NCBI GenBank assembly: GCA_963729625.1
Contig: CAVSOU010000005.1
Span: 32,001 to 96,000 of the forward strand
From: an uncultured bacterium
Lineage (GTDB): Bacteria > Chloroflexota > UBA5177 > JANWHV01
Length of the DNA: 64,000 nt
Reading direction: 5' to 3'
Shown piece after piece: positions 23,703-35,955 of the stretch. Numbering within the stretch: position 1 is the first letter of the stretch; every line of letters begins with the position of its first letter. A model generated the notes under the pieces. The model made no database searches, was not told where the DNA came from, and saw only the letters and a list, made by a program, of their open reading frames with translations. Both the position numbers and the translations under genes were made by a program.

Positions 23703-25178
23703 TTAAGCCAGACCTAGCACTCTTGCCGCAATCCCGATAAGCATAAGCAGACGGGCTCGGCAGAACAGCCACAAACCAGCAATGTAGACGACCCCGCCAA
23801 GCAATACTTCTAAAGGTGCCAGCACCAGCAGCGGCAGGCGACCCTCACACGCAGACGCAAATCCATTGATTAGAAGCCACATCGCGGCAGCGACTAACGC
23901 AGGCACCGCCGGGGGACCTAGGATATCCAGCCAGCCAATTTGTAATTTTCTTGCTATACGCCAGGTGGACGCGAGGTACACCAGCGGGAAACCAACTGCC
24001 CAAGCGCCCGCCATAGCGACAACGCTTATCTGTGATGCGATATAGAGCAGTGGACCTACAACTAGCGCCCACACGAGCACATTTCCGAAGGACAAGCCGG
24101 TGTAGCCGCTACCCACGAGGACCGCATCGCTGATCGAGTAGCTGACACGCAACGGCATAATTAGGCAAAAGAGCGAGAATGGTATTGCCGCATTCGCCCA
24201 GCGCTGACCTAGAAGCAGCGGGAGGATAGTCGGACCTATCGCCGCGAGCCCCCAGAACACCGGGAAGGTAACGCACGCAGCAAGCGCCAGCATCTGCTTG
24301 AATCCGCTGAGCCATGCGCCACGGTCTGCGACCTTTGCAGAAAACGTAGGCATTGAAACCTGATTCACTATCTCAGCAATTCGATCCAAGAGCGTATGCG
24401 AGAGTGTCTTCGCAGTCGAGTAAACGCCAAGCGGCGCGGCTCCCAGGGTCCGTCCAATCAGAAATGTGTCGAACTCCTGTATCGCAAACCACGTTATCTT
24501 TTGTGGAATCAAGTGGCGGGATGTCGCCATGTAGGGTCGTAGCAGAGAGTACGAAGTACACATCGCCATCGGCGGCCTAGCGTACCAGTGCAACAGCGCA
24601 GCGCGACCAACAAGACCAAGCAAGGTCGACACGACCAGCGCCCAGTAGCCGAAGCCCTGCCACGCCATGACCACCGTAACCAGCCCCTGAGTAATACCAA
24701 TAGATGCTTGAGTGATCGCGAGCTCCCGGAAGCGCAGCCCCATAAGAAGCATTGCGTTCGGCACGATGCACAAGGCCGTTAATGGCAGCTGCAAAGATGA
24801 TGCCCGCAGCACCTCGGTCAGTCTCGGCTGGTGAAAGAAGTGAGCCATAGTCGGCGCGATAAAACATAGCCCCACTGCAGTAACCGAAGATGCGATCAGC
24901 AGAAAGGTTGCTACCGTTGCCAACACTTCCCGTGAGTCCGGCCTTTTGTGCACGAGCGCCGCGGTCATACCGCCTTCGAGAATTAGCGTAGTAAGCACTG
25001 TCACCAATCCCGAAAGCGCGACAAGGCCATAGTCGGCAGGCAGGAGAAATCTCACCGACAGGATTGTTAGCAGCCACGTGGAAGCTTGGAGAACAATCCG
25101 AGATAGCCCAATCCAGCGCAAGCCCAGCACGGCTTGGTGCAGGTGGCCCGACTTGGGTGAAGTTTCCTTTGATGTCAA
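23703..25178 (-). CDS. wzx: Wzx-type polysaccharide flippase
   Basis: Highly hydrophobic 491 aa; LLPADYGL, LGAAPLGVYS motifs. Confidence 0.85.
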   Translation of the reverse strand: MTSKETSPKSGHLHQAVLGLRWIGLSRIVLQASTWLLTILSVRFLLPADYGLVALSGLVTVLTTLILEGGMTAALVHKRPDSREVLATVATFLLIASSVTAVGLCFIAPTMAHFFHQPRLTEVLRASSLQLPLTALCIVPNAMLLMGLRFRELAITQASIGITQGLVTVVMAWQGFGYWALVVSTLLGLVGRAALLHWYARPPMAMCTSYSLLRPYMATSRHLIPQKITWFAIQEFDTFLIGRTLGAAPLGVYSTAKTLSHTLLDRIAEIVNQVSMPTFSAKVADRGAWLSGFKQMLALAACVTFPVFWGLAAIGPTILPLLLGQRWANAAIPFSLFCLIMPLRVSYSISDAVLVGSGYTGLSFGNVLVWALVVGPLLYIASQISVVAMAGAWAVGFPLVYLASTWRIARKLQIGWLDILGPPAVPALVAAAMWLLINGFASACEGRLPLLVLAPLEVLLGGVVYIAGLWLFCRARLLMLIGIAARVLGLA

Positions 25179-25289
25179 TTCAACTGATTCCTAGTGGTCG
25201 CCCGCGCCGGGCACCGCAACGATTACGCCCTTCCAGCGGTTCTTGTGTCTTTACTGAGCCATCTTTCGATAACGTTCCTGAAGCGACTC

Positions 25290-26292
25290 TCAAGACATCA
25301 GGCGCGGAAATAGGCCAAGGCGTTTGGCATCAAAGATAGCGATGCCTGCCCGCGGCCACTGCGTAAGTTCATGCAGAACTCGATATACGGCCTTACCGAT
25401 CATATTGTGGAACCGATATAGCAAACTTTTCAGCGCACCCAACCGGTACAGTATGATGCAGTACGGCAACTGATTGGGGCGCAGTCCTGTGGCCAGCAAT
25501 ATCGCATAGAACCAAATAGCAATGCCCGCGACTACCAGAGACTCTGCTACCTGGGGGCATTCGTGAACCGGAGGCGGCCCGGCATGGCGACGAATATTAA
25601 CGCTACTAGGCAGGCAAACAGCATCGCAGCACGTGACCAAATACATCCCCGAGCCCGTCCCAGATAGCAGGCGCCACTCCAACAAAGAATAGATCATGTG
25701 GCATGAGAGCGAGCGACTTCAGGATTGGTGAGGTTGAGCAGGCAACCGCCGCCAGCAGAGGTAATAGCCAACTCACAAGAACTGCTCGGCATTTCGCATC
25801 CGCTCAACAAGGATTGTGACAAACACGGGCAGGCAGAACTTCATTTCCATGGCTAGTGTCCAAAATACGCTGTCGACGTTGCCACACCGAGGTACGCCCG
25901 CACCAGTGTCTAGTTTGCCAATAACGTGCTTGCGTACGGCAAAGCATTACCCTGAAAAGACGGGATTGTCGTTGCAAACGCGCACGTCACGCCTATCCCA
26001 TGCATTGGGTATTGCCGAAGGAATCTATATGATACGAACGCGCGTCCCGCACGCTCTTCAGCGCTCCACAAAATGACAAATCCGCTAACAGGGAAGACCA
26101 GGCGCATGCTCAAGTGGTCGTATCAGGGCGCCTCCTGTAGGTCCCTGTACGCCCAAACTTGTGGGCGGCGTCCGGCCGTCGCTGAGCGGCAGGTAAGCGG
26201 TACAGGACAACGCGGGTGGCTGCTACAAACCTCAGTAGATCCAATACGGGAACTCGCTCATGTTTGTCGCGGGCAACGCTCCCCACCCGCAC
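25290..26292 (-). pseudogene. acyltransferase_3 (OafA-like O-acyltransferase) pseudogene
   Basis: Fragments VLDLLRFVAA..VVLY, VFPVSGFVILWSA, VDSVFWTLAMEMKF across frames with stops. Confidence 0.7.
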
Positions 26293-26385
26293 CCCCAGTT
26301 CCGCCGGAACTTTTTTAAGTCACACCATGGCGCATGGCAACAGCAGGCCATGCCACAGAACCTCCGGCACCGTGCTATCTAGCGT

Positions 26386-27689
26386 TTATTGCTTGGGGGT
26401 GGTGGAGCCATCGTAGCGAAGCTTCGCCCAAATTCGGGTCTCGCTCATGCTCGTAGCCGATATCGGCGTCGCGTAGCTGTAGTGTGCCGCCGAAATATCT
26501 GCAAAGAGATGCCTTCCAAGTCGCCAGGAAACGCCTGCCTCGAGGTCCCTTTCCTTACTATCATTCAATGACAGGTCGTAGTCAGCGCGTGTATAGGAAT
26601 AAGAAGCCCGGGCACGGAGGAGTTCCGTAAATGATCGTTCGAGCCTTATCGAGCCTATGTATCGCTTGCGATCATTGGTCGTGCTGACCTTGTAGGTCTC
26701 GTCGTACCACCCAGCGCCAATCGCCAGCAGGGTGCGCCGTCCAGTTATTGTCCAGTCAAGCCGGGCGTATTGGCTGAGAAATGCGTCGGTGGTTTGCGTT
26801 AGGCTTTGAATATCATGCGCCGCCACCGGCAGCGGTTCGCCACCGCTCCAACCCATGGCAACTTCGCTGGATCGGCACAATTGTGTCCCGCTCGCAGACT
26901 AATCGTAGAGAGGTCACCGATCTTGCGGCTGATCTCGAGCCTCAGGAGGGGGCTAGACTCGGCGACGGCGGAGCCCGTAATTCGATTCACGCCGATATCG
27001 AGACTGCCCTTCGTGTGAGCGCCGTCGAGCGCGTACTCCAGATGTGCTTCCTGTCGGTCGTAGGCACTGAATAGCGACTCGCTTTGCGGCTCCACTCGCT
27101 CCGTCCTACGCCTAGCGAGACTCTGCTCGTGTTCGACAGGTTTCGCTCCAGAGCCAGTTCTCCACTGTAGCGCTGGCTGTCCAGCGGACTCCACCTGATA
27201 GTCGACACGACCATACCGTGCATTCGCCAGAATGCGCATTTGGCTATCGAGTTCAAATCGAAAATCAGGTCCGGTAGACAGGGAATTAATGTTCTCGCGA
27301 TTTAGGGGCGAATCTACGGTAAACAGATCGCGCCGGGTCTGGCCAAAGCTATCGTCCAGAGACCAATGTATCCGGTCCTGCCAGAGTTCCAACTTCAGAG
27401 CCGCGCCAGCGTTGCCAAGCAATTCGGAACCGTAGGTGCTATTCGCGTAGTTCAGATACGCCAGATCACCACGCACGTCGGTTGAGAGTAGACGGGACTG
27501 GTCGATATACAAGAAGCTTGCGCCCAGCTCACTTATCGTGTCGCGTTGCTCGTTCGTTGCCGTTCGCCCAATATTATTCGACGTTCCTACACCTGCATCG
27601 CCAGACAACGAAAAGTCCGCGGCGTTCACCAATGGACTGGCCAACAGTGACAGACCAAGAATGGTTGTTTTAGTTATTTTGATTCGCAC
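26386..27689 (-). CDS. EPS-associated outer-membrane beta-barrel protein, frameshifted
   Basis: Signal peptide, alternating aromatic beta-strands; position after the tyrosine kinase. Confidence 0.7.
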
Positions 27690-28606
27690 TTACGTCACCA
27701 TTACCCGAGGAGTAATCGCCATATGCCCCATAGCCGTAGGGCCCTTCGGCCAATCCTAACGCCCTTGGTTCAGAACCAAGCCAATAGACTTGCCATTACC
27801 CAGGCTCGTGATGGAATCGAGCACAGCCTGACGTGGCGTCCTGCCCGCCCTCACGACCAGCACTACCTGTCCGACCACGGCCGCAAGGGCCCTGGACTCG
27901 CTGGAAGCCAGCAGGGGCGATGAGTCGAACAACGCGATACGCGAGCGGTCGCGCGAGATTATGCGGGTTACAATTTCCGTCATTCGCCCGCTAGACATGA
28001 GCTCCGTGGCATTTTCGTTTGGCCTGCCCGATAACAGTATTGACAGGCCGCGGACGTCCGTTGGCAAAATCAGCGATTCCACGTCGATCGTGGAATCGCC
28101 AGCGCCTCTAAGCAACCCCATTTCCTTATCTACGCCGAAGATTCGGCTGATGTGCGGCTCTGTGATGCTGGCGTCGATCAACAACCGAGGTATCGCGCTC
28201 GCGCGCCATACTGAGTGCCAGGTTAATGCTCGTAAACGTCTTTCCGTCACCCGGCAACGCACTCGCCATCATAATTAGACGAGGATTAGCAGCCAGCGCC
28301 GCACCAGATGGTCTCGCCGAGTATGCAGCAGCAATTAGCGGTCGCTTAATTTGACGGTACTGATCTGCAAATCGCCGGTCTTGCTGTGTTTCCGGCAAGT
28401 AGCCCGCGGCGCGCAGCGCAGCTCTGTCGATGAGTACACGTTGAGCATTTGTGGGTACCGCAGTGCCTGAGGCCCCGACTTCTTCCGATTTATAGGGTGC
28501 AAGTGCTCCAATATTTTCAGGGGGCGCTACGCCCCCCGTGGGTGACGCAGGAGCGATGGCACCGGCACTGCGGCGCAGCTTGTCAATGGTTCGTTACGAC
28601 ACTCAT
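27670..28606 (-). CDS. BY-kinase (CpsD/CapB-type protein-tyrosine kinase), frameshifted
   Basis: DQYRQIKRPL, SALPGDGKTFTSINLA, FDSSPLL, Tyr-rich tail YGYGAYGDY. Confidence 0.85.
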
Positions 28607-28615
28607 GGGTCACCC

Positions 28616-30232
28616 TTAGCCTGCACTTGATATTGGTAAGGCAATCCGCAGGTTTGCCCAGTTGAGAACAAGCACGGCCAAGAAGATACCCGCGAGGCCC
28701 GCTGCCGCCATGATTAAGCGCGTCAACTCCCCTTTTGCTGCGGCCTCCTGCTCTTGTGGGAAGGCAGGACTCACAACGCCCAATACGGGCAAGTCGGTTA
28801 ATTCGCTCAAGCTTCTAACCGACGACACGACCGGCGCAAGTAGATTCAGCAGGTACGTCAGGCCAGCACCTGCGGCCAGCGCGACAAGCAATACGGCTGA
28901 CAGGAGCACAAGTCGTCGGGGAAAGACCGGAGCGTAGGGCGCAGTCGTCGGTTGGATTACCTCGAAGCGCACTGAGCCGGCATTGTCAGCCTGCTCTCCT
29001 AGCCTAGCCTTCTCATAGTTCCCGAGCAGCGCGGTGTACTGCGCCTTGTTGGTATCGTAGTCGCGGTTTAACTGCGCAAATTCGGCCTCGACCTTCGGAG
29101 CAGTGTCCAGGCGCTGCCTTAATTCTGCTGCCTTGCCGCGGTGCTGCGATAACTCGCCCCGAAGGGACGCTATGTCTACGTCAGCCTGGTTTAGCTGTAA
29201 CTGGATACTTTGGTACACGGGGTTGCTGCTAACGCCGCTTGCTGCGACTGCTCCCACGTCACCACGACGAAGACTTTCAATCTCCGCTTCACGTCGGACC
29301 TTTAGTTCCGCGAGCGTTGCACGCGCCGCCATGACGTCGGGATGCTTGTCCGTATAGCGCAGGAGCAACTCGTCCAGACGGGCCTGGGTTTCCTTAATGC
29401 GGGACAGCGTGTCGCCTCCTCCAGCCGCAGCTCCCCTAATAGCCACGGTGCCTGTTGATGCTGACACTACCGATTCGCCATGCAACTGACGTGCCAACTC
29501 CGCGCGTCTCGAGACCGCAACATTCAGGTCATTCTCGGTCTTCTTCGCCGCATCTATTTCAGTCTGAAGCTGTGAAAAATAGCCGCCCTGCTCGGTTGGC
29601 ATCAAACCAATATTGTTCTTCTTGAAGTCGGCCAGCCGACTCTCCGCGTCCTTTAGGCGCCGCTCATAGAGGCTGATCTCGGTCTCAAGAAATTTCTGAG
29701 CGCTCTGGGAGCCGGCCCGCTTTCCCCCGAGCGTCTGCTCTACGAACGCATTGAGCACAGTATCGGTAACTTTCAGGCTTCGTGCGCGATTCCTGTCTTG
29801 GTAGGTAAAGGTATAGACGCTTCCGCCTGTGTCGCGGTCGCTGTCATGACCGCTGGCGCGACGCACAGCGATATTGAGGCGTTCAGCTAGGGCGCTAAGA
29901 ATTTCCGCCTTCCGGCGCGGGTCCTGTAGTGGTCGGCTTTAGAATGCCGCTTTCGATTGCAAGCTTCTCGAGCTGATCACCCGATAAGAGAGACTGGCGC
30001 ACATAGTTGAGCTGGACACTGACGTCCTGCTCCATGGTCAGCCCCGAAGCACGGGTTTGAGCGCTGTGCGTGTGTCGACAAATATACTCGCGGTCGCCTC
30101 ATACCGGTCCGGCAGGGCAAAGACCACGACCCAACCAACGATTGCCAGCGCAGCCGCGGCCGCCATACCAAGCCAGCGGAAGCGCCAGCAACTCCTGACT
30201 TCATCTATCACTTGACTGAGGATTTGGTGCAT
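28616..30232 (-). CDS. polysaccharide chain-length determinant (XrtA-system type), frameshifted
   Basis: WRFRW, LPDRYEATASIFVDT, YTDKHPDV, LNRDY, coiled coils. Confidence 0.85.
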
Positions 30233-30236
30233 CGGA

Positions 30237-30822
30237 TCAGAACCTTGACTCGGGTATGAGCAGCACGTCGCCTGGCAAGAGTGGGATGTTTTGACTCATG
30301 TCGCCATCGTCCAGAAGCCTACTGATCTTCAGATGAATCTCGGTCTGCTTGCCATTGATGTTGCGTATGACTTTTGCTCGGTTGGCTGCCGCATACTGGG
30401 CAAGACCGCCTGTTGCCAATACGGCGTCGAGGACGGTCATGCCATCCCGGGACGCCAGGGCCTGAGGCCTTAAGAACCTGCCCCATCACTTTCGACTTGA
30501 TTTATGGCGCCAATAGGTTGTGTAACAATGACATTGACCTGTGGTGACTTTACGTACTCGCTCAGGACGCGCTCGATATCGCGCGCTAGGGCCGTTGGGT
30601 TCTTTCCACGGCCACCATGTCTTCAACGAGTGGCGTGGAGATCTTGCCATCCGGGCGGACCGGCACGGTGCTTGTCAGCTCCGGGTTCCTCCATACGAAC
30701 ACCTGCAGAATGTCGCCCGGCCCTATGATGTAGTCGGGTGACACGGATGGCGCAGCGGGCTCCGCTGCGGAACCTAGCGTTACCATTCCGAGGCCAAGCA
30801 AACACAGAATAAGTCGCTTCAT
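30237..30822 (-). CDS. wza: polysaccharide export protein (Wza/OPX), frameshifted
   Basis: YIIGPGDILQVFVWRNPEL..VPVRPDGKISTPLV; MTVLDAV..GGL; PGDVLLIPESRF. Confidence 0.9.
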
Positions 30823-32112
30823 AGGCTGGCTATCTATTTACGGGCTGGCCGTTCAGTGTAACAGAGGGGGCTTTCAGTTCGCCGCCGAGGTGCTCGGCGC
30901 ATATGGGGTTGCCAAGGGGAGTCTGGGCCGGGGTCGGTTTCGTCACCTGCTGTAATACCTGCAGGAGGTCGCCGGGTCGCAACCAAGACAGCAACCAGAT
31001 GAGCACGCGACCTGATAGCCGCAGGCTCGACCTGGCCGGTGGTCCTGAGCGTGGGCAGCGACGGCACTGTCGAGCTGCCCTCAGCAAGGGGCCAACCGTA
31101 CGGGATGGAATGGGTGCCGACCTGGGTACTCTGTGACGAGCTTGCTTGGCCGCTATGGGCACCGGCGTTGCCGGTGCGGCTCGCATTTCCACGCGGGGTC
31201 GTCCGTTGCGGCGCGCCCGTACGTGAGAATTTCGCTGCCTTTTTGATCTCTGCGGCGTCGAGCCGTCCCAACAACCCGCCGATTTGAGGAGTGTCGCGAT
31301 TTTTCGGTGTGCGAGCGCCGCACACGTGCCTTCGGCCTCTGACACATCGCCCTGCCGCAAAGCACCAAGATCCCCCCAGCGCGGTCGCCCTGAACTGCTT
31401 TTCCGGCAGTTGCCGCCACGATATGGCCGCGTCGCGATAAAGCCCCGGCGCCATCAGGACCGCGGCGATCGGGGCCAGAACCACCGAGTTCGGCGCACGG
31501 CAAGACTCAGAAATTCCAAGGGACGTTTCGACACAGCCTGACTCATAACCCACCCTGTGAATGCTCGCACGCGAGGTTTACGTTCAGGCGCGCGGCGGGA
31601 GCAGGACCCGGCAGTGCGCCGGGGCCCACGTTACGTTCGCAGACTAGCGCCCATTGATATTTTAAGGCGCTAGCCGGAGGAGCTCTGTGCACTGGCGCTC
31701 AGTTGGGCCACTTGCTGGCCTTTCCGGACCCTTGGTCGGGACTTCCGCGTTCACCACCAAAGCACCTTGAACGAGGACGCATCCACAGCCTCGTCGCTCC
31801 TTCCCGTGTCCTGCCGGGCGTACAGGCCCTCGCACAACCGCGCCACTGCTCCGTCGCCGCCCGATACAGCGGCAGTTGTACTGCGCCCCTTCGCATCGAA
31901 TGGCATTCATCAGTCTGGCTAGGGTTGAGCAGGATGCGCTGGACACCACCAGTGCCAATTGCGCGCATCGGGCAGGCATTGAAGGGGAAAGTAATGGATC
32001 TGCGGCACATCGTCGGCCTGATCCATTTTAGGGCTCCCGGGGATCGGGGCCAGATGTCGTCGCCACAGAGAGCCATCTGGCGCGCTGACGTATCAGCGCG
32101 CCAGACGCAAAA

Positions 32113-33408
32113 TCATCGCTTGTTGACGTCCGTGTAGTCGCGCTTCGCCGAGCCCGTGTAGAGCTGCCGCGGGCGACCGATGCGCATGGCGGGATCGGAG
32201 ATCATCTCCTGCCAGTGCGCGACCCAACCGACGGTACGTGCGATAGCGAACATCACCGTGAACATCGAGCGGGGGATGCCCAGCGCGCTGTAGATCACGC
32301 CGCTGTAGAAGTCCACGTTCGGGTAGAGCTTGCGCTGGATGAAGTACTCATCCTGCAGGGCAATCTCCTCCAGTCGCAGCGCCAGCTCGAAGAGCGGGTT
32401 GTCCGTACGCCCAAGCTTCGCCAGCACCTTGTGACAGGCACCGCGGATGATCTTGGCGCGCGGGTCGAAGTTCTTGTACACGCGGTGACCGAAGCCCATG
32501 AGCCTGAAGTGGCTGGACTTGTCCTTGGCCATCGCCAGGTACTTGGGAATGTTCTCCACGGTGCCGATCTGCTCGAGCATCGCCAGGACCGCCTCGTTCG
32601 CACCGCCGTGCGCCGGGCCCCAGAGGGCGGCAACGCCTGCCGAGATCGCGGCATAGGGGTTCGCGCCGGTGCTGCCGGCCAGGCGCACGGTGGAGGTGCT
32701 CGCGTTCTGCTCGTGGTCCGCATGCAGGATGAACAGCAGGTCCAGCGCCTGGGCGGCAACCGGATCCACGACATAGTCCTCGCAGGGCACCGAGAAGAAC
32801 ATGTTCAGCATGTTCGAGGTGTAGTCGAGGTCATTGCGCGGGTAGACGAACGGCTGGCCCAGCGAATGCTTGTGCGCGGCCGCTGCGATGGTCGGTAGCT
32901 TCGCGATGATGCGGTGGGCGAAGATCTCGCGGTGCCGCGGGTTATTGATGTCCATCGAGTCGTGGTAGAAGGCCGACATCGAGGCCACCACCGCCGACAC
33001 CATCGCCATCGGGTGGGCGTTGTGGTGGAAGCCGTTGGTGAACCGCAGCAGCGATTCGTTGATCATCGTGTGGCGGCGGATGCTGCTCGTGAAGTCCACG
33101 AGCTCTTCCTGCTTGGGCAGCTCGCCATTCAGAAGCAGGTAGGCGACCTCCATGAAGGAGCTCTTCTCGGCCAGCTGCTCGACGGGGTAGCCCCGGTGCA
33201 GCAGGATGCCGGCGTCCCCATCGATGTAGGTGATCTTGCTCTCGGTGGCGGCGGTGACACCGAATCCGGGATCAAAGGTGAATACGCCGTGGTCCTTGTA
33301 GAGGGACGCGATGTCGAGGACATCGGGGCCGATGGAACCGGACAGGACGGGCAGGAGGGATTTCTTGCCGGAGCTCAGGTCGGTGAGCTCGAACTTCTTG
33401 TCTGACAT
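32113..33408 (-). CDS. gltA: citrate synthase (type II)
   Basis: [37 protein letters not shown]. Confidence 0.98.
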   Translation of the reverse strand: MSDKKFELTDLSSGKKSLLPVLSGSIGPDVLDIASLYKDHGVFTFDPGFGVTAATESKITYIDGDAGILLHRGYPVEQLAEKSSFMEVAYLLLNGELPKQEELVDFTSSIRRHTMINESLLRFTNGFHHNAHPMAMVSAVVASMSAFYHDSMDINNPRHREIFAHRIIAKLPTIAAAAHKHSLGQPFVYPRNDLDYTSNMLNMFFSVPCEDYVVDPVAAQALDLLFILHADHEQNASTSTVRLAGSTGANPYAAISAGVAALWGPAHGGANEAVLAMLEQIGTVENIPKYLAMAKDKSSHFRLMGFGHRVYKNFDPRAKIIRGACHKVLAKLGRTDNPLFELALRLEEIALQDEYFIQRKLYPNVDFYSGVIYSALGIPRSMFTVMFAIARTVGWVAHWQEMISDPAMRIGRPRQLYTGSAKRDYTDVNKR

Positions 33409-33572
33409 TCGCCGCAAACCTTATAAAAATGCCATGCCGCAGGACGCAACATACCTGTCACGAGCCTACACGGTCCGGCATCCAAATCAAGGCAAGGCGG
33501 CGTGCATGCTGCACGTTCCTTGAAAGTTGCAGGCACCCATCGCTTCGGTGCCTGCAAGCCAACCTTCCGTAT

Positions 33573-33803
33573 TTAGGAAGCCTTGGCGCCCACAGCCACC
33601 GCGGCAGCGGCGTACTTCTTGCGGAACTTGTCGACGCGGCCCGCGGTGTCGACGATCTTCTGCTTGCCCGTATAGAACGGATGGCAGGCGGAGCACACGT
33701 CCAGGTCCAGGTTCTGGCCCAGCGTGGAGCGGGTCTTGAAGACGCTACCGCAGTTGCAGGTCACCGTGATCTCGGCGTACTCGGGATGGGTATCGGCCTT
33801 CAT
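33573..33803 (-). CDS. rpmE: 50S ribosomal protein L31 (Zn-binding type)
   Basis: [21 protein letters not shown]. Confidence 0.97.
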   Translation of the reverse strand: MKADTHPEYAEITVTCNCGSVFKTRSTLGQNLDLDVCSACHPFYTGKQKIVDTAGRVDKFRKKYAAAAVAVGAKAS

Positions 33804-33944
33804 GTCGCTCTCCAGTAGTCAGGGTGGTTCTGGCGAATCGGTGCGCGGGCCTAGCTTCAAGGCCTTGTCGAACCGCCGCCAAAGGGCCGGGGAGTCTAGC
33901 CCCAGCGTGCGGGACTCACAACCCCCTGTTTTTACGGGGTCGCC

Positions 33945-34157
33945 TTATCCACATTTTCTGTGGATAACTCTGTGAGTAGTCCTGCTGCCGGATTTCCAAA
34001 ACGCTGGCAAAACAGCATTTCTGTGGCATTGATCAAATTATGACCATTGCATTTCCATCTGGTATATCAATGGGTTACAGATACTTCATGCCGCAGTGGG
34101 GGCGATGTGAGTCGTAATGCCTTAATAGTCAGGAGATCGGATTTTCGCTGTGGATAG
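33945..34157. promoter_or_regulatory. DnaA-box cluster with IHF site
   Basis: TTATCCACA 33945-33953, TGTGGATAA 33959-33967, IHF consensus TATCAATGGGTTA 34065-34077, near-box TGTGGATAG 34149-34157. Confidence 0.7.
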
Positions 34158-34184
34158 AAACGCCAGACGCTGCGGGAGAATGTC

Positions 34185-35354
34185 CTAAGCCCTCGCCGCA
34201 GCTTGCGATTTTTCGCCATCCAGAAAGCTTCCCACCACGTCGTTGAGGAAGGAAAAGCCCCGCTCGGTCGCCTGCCAGCGCCCGTCCCGCTCCTCCAGGA
34301 GCCCCCGCCGGGCCAGCCCTTCAAGCCGCGGCATGAGGTCCGCTGCGGCAAGCCCGGTGCGCTCCGCGTAGCTCGCCAGCTCAAAACCCGCCTTGAGCCG
34401 GAGCGCGTTCATCGCGAACTCGAACGGCAGTTCCGCTGCGGGCACCGTGCGACGCGCAAGGCTCGCCAGCGGGTCCGCCTGATAGCGGCGCGGCTCGCGC
34501 TGGTGGGTCGTGCGCTCGATGAGCCCAGTCTCGGGGAAGCTGAGCTTGCCATGGGCCCCGGCGCCCACGCCCAGGTAATCGCCAAAGCCCCAGTAGTTGA
34601 GATTGTGGCGGCACTGGCGGCCGGTGCGTGCGAAAGCGGACACTTCGTACTGCTCAAAGCCCTGCTCGGCCAGCACGGCGTGGCAGTCAGTCTGCATGTC
34701 CCAGGCCATATCCTCATCCGGGATGCCGGTCGGCGGCCGCGCGGCGAACACCGTTCCCGGCTCCAAGGTGAGCTGGTAATGGGAAAGATGCGCGGGCTGG
34801 AGCTTCAGCGCCTCGCGAAGGTCCCGCAACGCCCCATCGCGCCCCTGCGTCGGCAGGGCGTACATCAGGTCCAGGTTGAAGTTCTCAAGGCCCGAGGCGT
34901 GCAGCTCCTCGGCCGAGCGGTACACGTCGGCCGGTACATGGATGCGGCCCAGAATCTTGAGGATCGCCGGATCAAAGCTCTGCGCACCCAGGGACACGCG
35001 GTTCACCCCGGCCGCGCGGTACTCGGCAAAACGCCCGCGCTCAACGGTGGCCGGGTTGGCCTCCAGGGTCACCTCCGCATCCGGCGCCAGGGGCAGATGG
35101 GCACCCAGGTACTCAAGCACCCGCTCGATGGCCGCCGGCGCGAACAGGCTCGGCGTGCCGCCACCCAGGAACACGCTGGATACGATCCGCCCGGCAAGCC
35201 CGGGGGCCTGCGCGGCGATATCGGCCTTAAGCGCCGCAAGGTAGCGCTGCTCCGGCAGCGGTTCGCTCAAGGTGAAGGAGTTGAAATCGCAGTACGGGCA
35301 TTTCTGCACGCACCACGGAAAGTGCAGGTAGACCGCAAGCGGCGGCGTGATCAC
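34185..35354 (-). CDS. hemW: radical SAM heme chaperone HemW
   Basis: [29 protein letters not shown]. Confidence 0.95.
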   Translation of the reverse strand: MITPPLAVYLHFPWCVQKCPYCDFNSFTLSEPLPEQRYLAALKADIAAQAPGLAGRIVSSVFLGGGTPSLFAPAAIERVLEYLGAHLPLAPDAEVTLEANPATVERGRFAEYRAAGVNRVSLGAQSFDPAILKILGRIHVPADVYRSAEELHASGLENFNLDLMYALPTQGRDGALRDLREALKLQPAHLSHYQLTLEPGTVFAARPPTGIPDEDMAWDMQTDCHAVLAEQGFEQYEVSAFARTGRQCRHNLNYWGFGDYLGVGAGAHGKLSFPETGLIERTTHQREPRRYQADPLASLARRTVPAAELPFEFAMNALRLKAGFELASYAERTGLAAADLMPRLEGLARRGLLEERDGRWQATERGFSFLNDVVGSFLDGEKSQAAARA

Positions 35355-35944
35355 CGGCTTCCCGGCAGCTGTTCCAGAAGGAGGCCCAGCGCGATCGCGC
35401 GGTGACTGATCGCGTTCTTCTCCCCGTCCGTCATCTGGGCGGCCGTAAGAGGCGACCCTGCCGGCACGAATACGGGGTCGTAGCCAAACCCACCCTGCCC
35501 CCTGGGCGAATGGGCGATGTGCCCCTCCCAGTCACCGTGGGCGATTACAGGCTCGGTATCGTAGGCATCGCGCACGAACGCGATCACACAGCGGTAGCGT
35601 GCGCTGCGGCGTGCCTCCGGTACGTCCACCAGCTCGCGCAGCAGCAGCTGCAGGTTCTCAAGGTCCGTCGCTTCCTCCCCGGCATAGCGCGCCGAACGCA
35701 CGCCCGGGCGGCCGCCCAGCGCGTCGACCTCAAGGCCGGAGTCATCGGCGAGCGCGGGCAGTCCCGTGACCTTCGCCGCGTGACGGGCCTTTAACAGCGC
35801 GTTGGCCTCAAAGCTCTCGCCGGTCTCCTCGACGCTGGCCACGCCCAGCTGCGTCTGCAGCAGCAGCTCAAAGCCGCGCGGCGCCAGCAGCGCCGCGAGT
35901 TCGCGCTGCTTGCCGGCATTGCCCGTGGCGAGCACGACGCGCAT
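35351..35944 (-). CDS. rdgB: non-canonical purine NTP pyrophosphatase
   Basis: ATGNAGK, ADDSGL, GFGYDP, KNAISHR. Confidence 0.97.
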   Translation of the reverse strand: MRVVLATGNAGKQRELAALLAPRGFELLLQTQLGVASVEETGESFEANALLKARHAAKVTGLPALADDSGLEVDALGGRPGVRSARYAGEEATDLENLQLLLRELVDVPEARRSARYRCVIAFVRDAYDTEPVIAHGDWEGHIAHSPRGQGGFGYDPVFVPAGSPLTAAQMTDGEKNAISHRAIALGLLLEQLPGSR

Positions 35945-35955
35945 GGGTAGCTCCC

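Noticed and set aside
1-31000. Exosortase or PEP-CTERM substrate genes
   Set aside because: No xrtA or PEP-CTERM tail seen; the XrtA association rests on family resemblance only.
30830-32100. Overlapping ORFs upstream of wza and possible sigma-54 or ops regulatory elements
   Set aside because: No family motifs and no convincing consensus match found by eye.
33945-34157. oriC
   Set aside because: Few boxes, no clear unwinding element and no dnaA/gidA context; retained only as a DARS/datA-like candidate.
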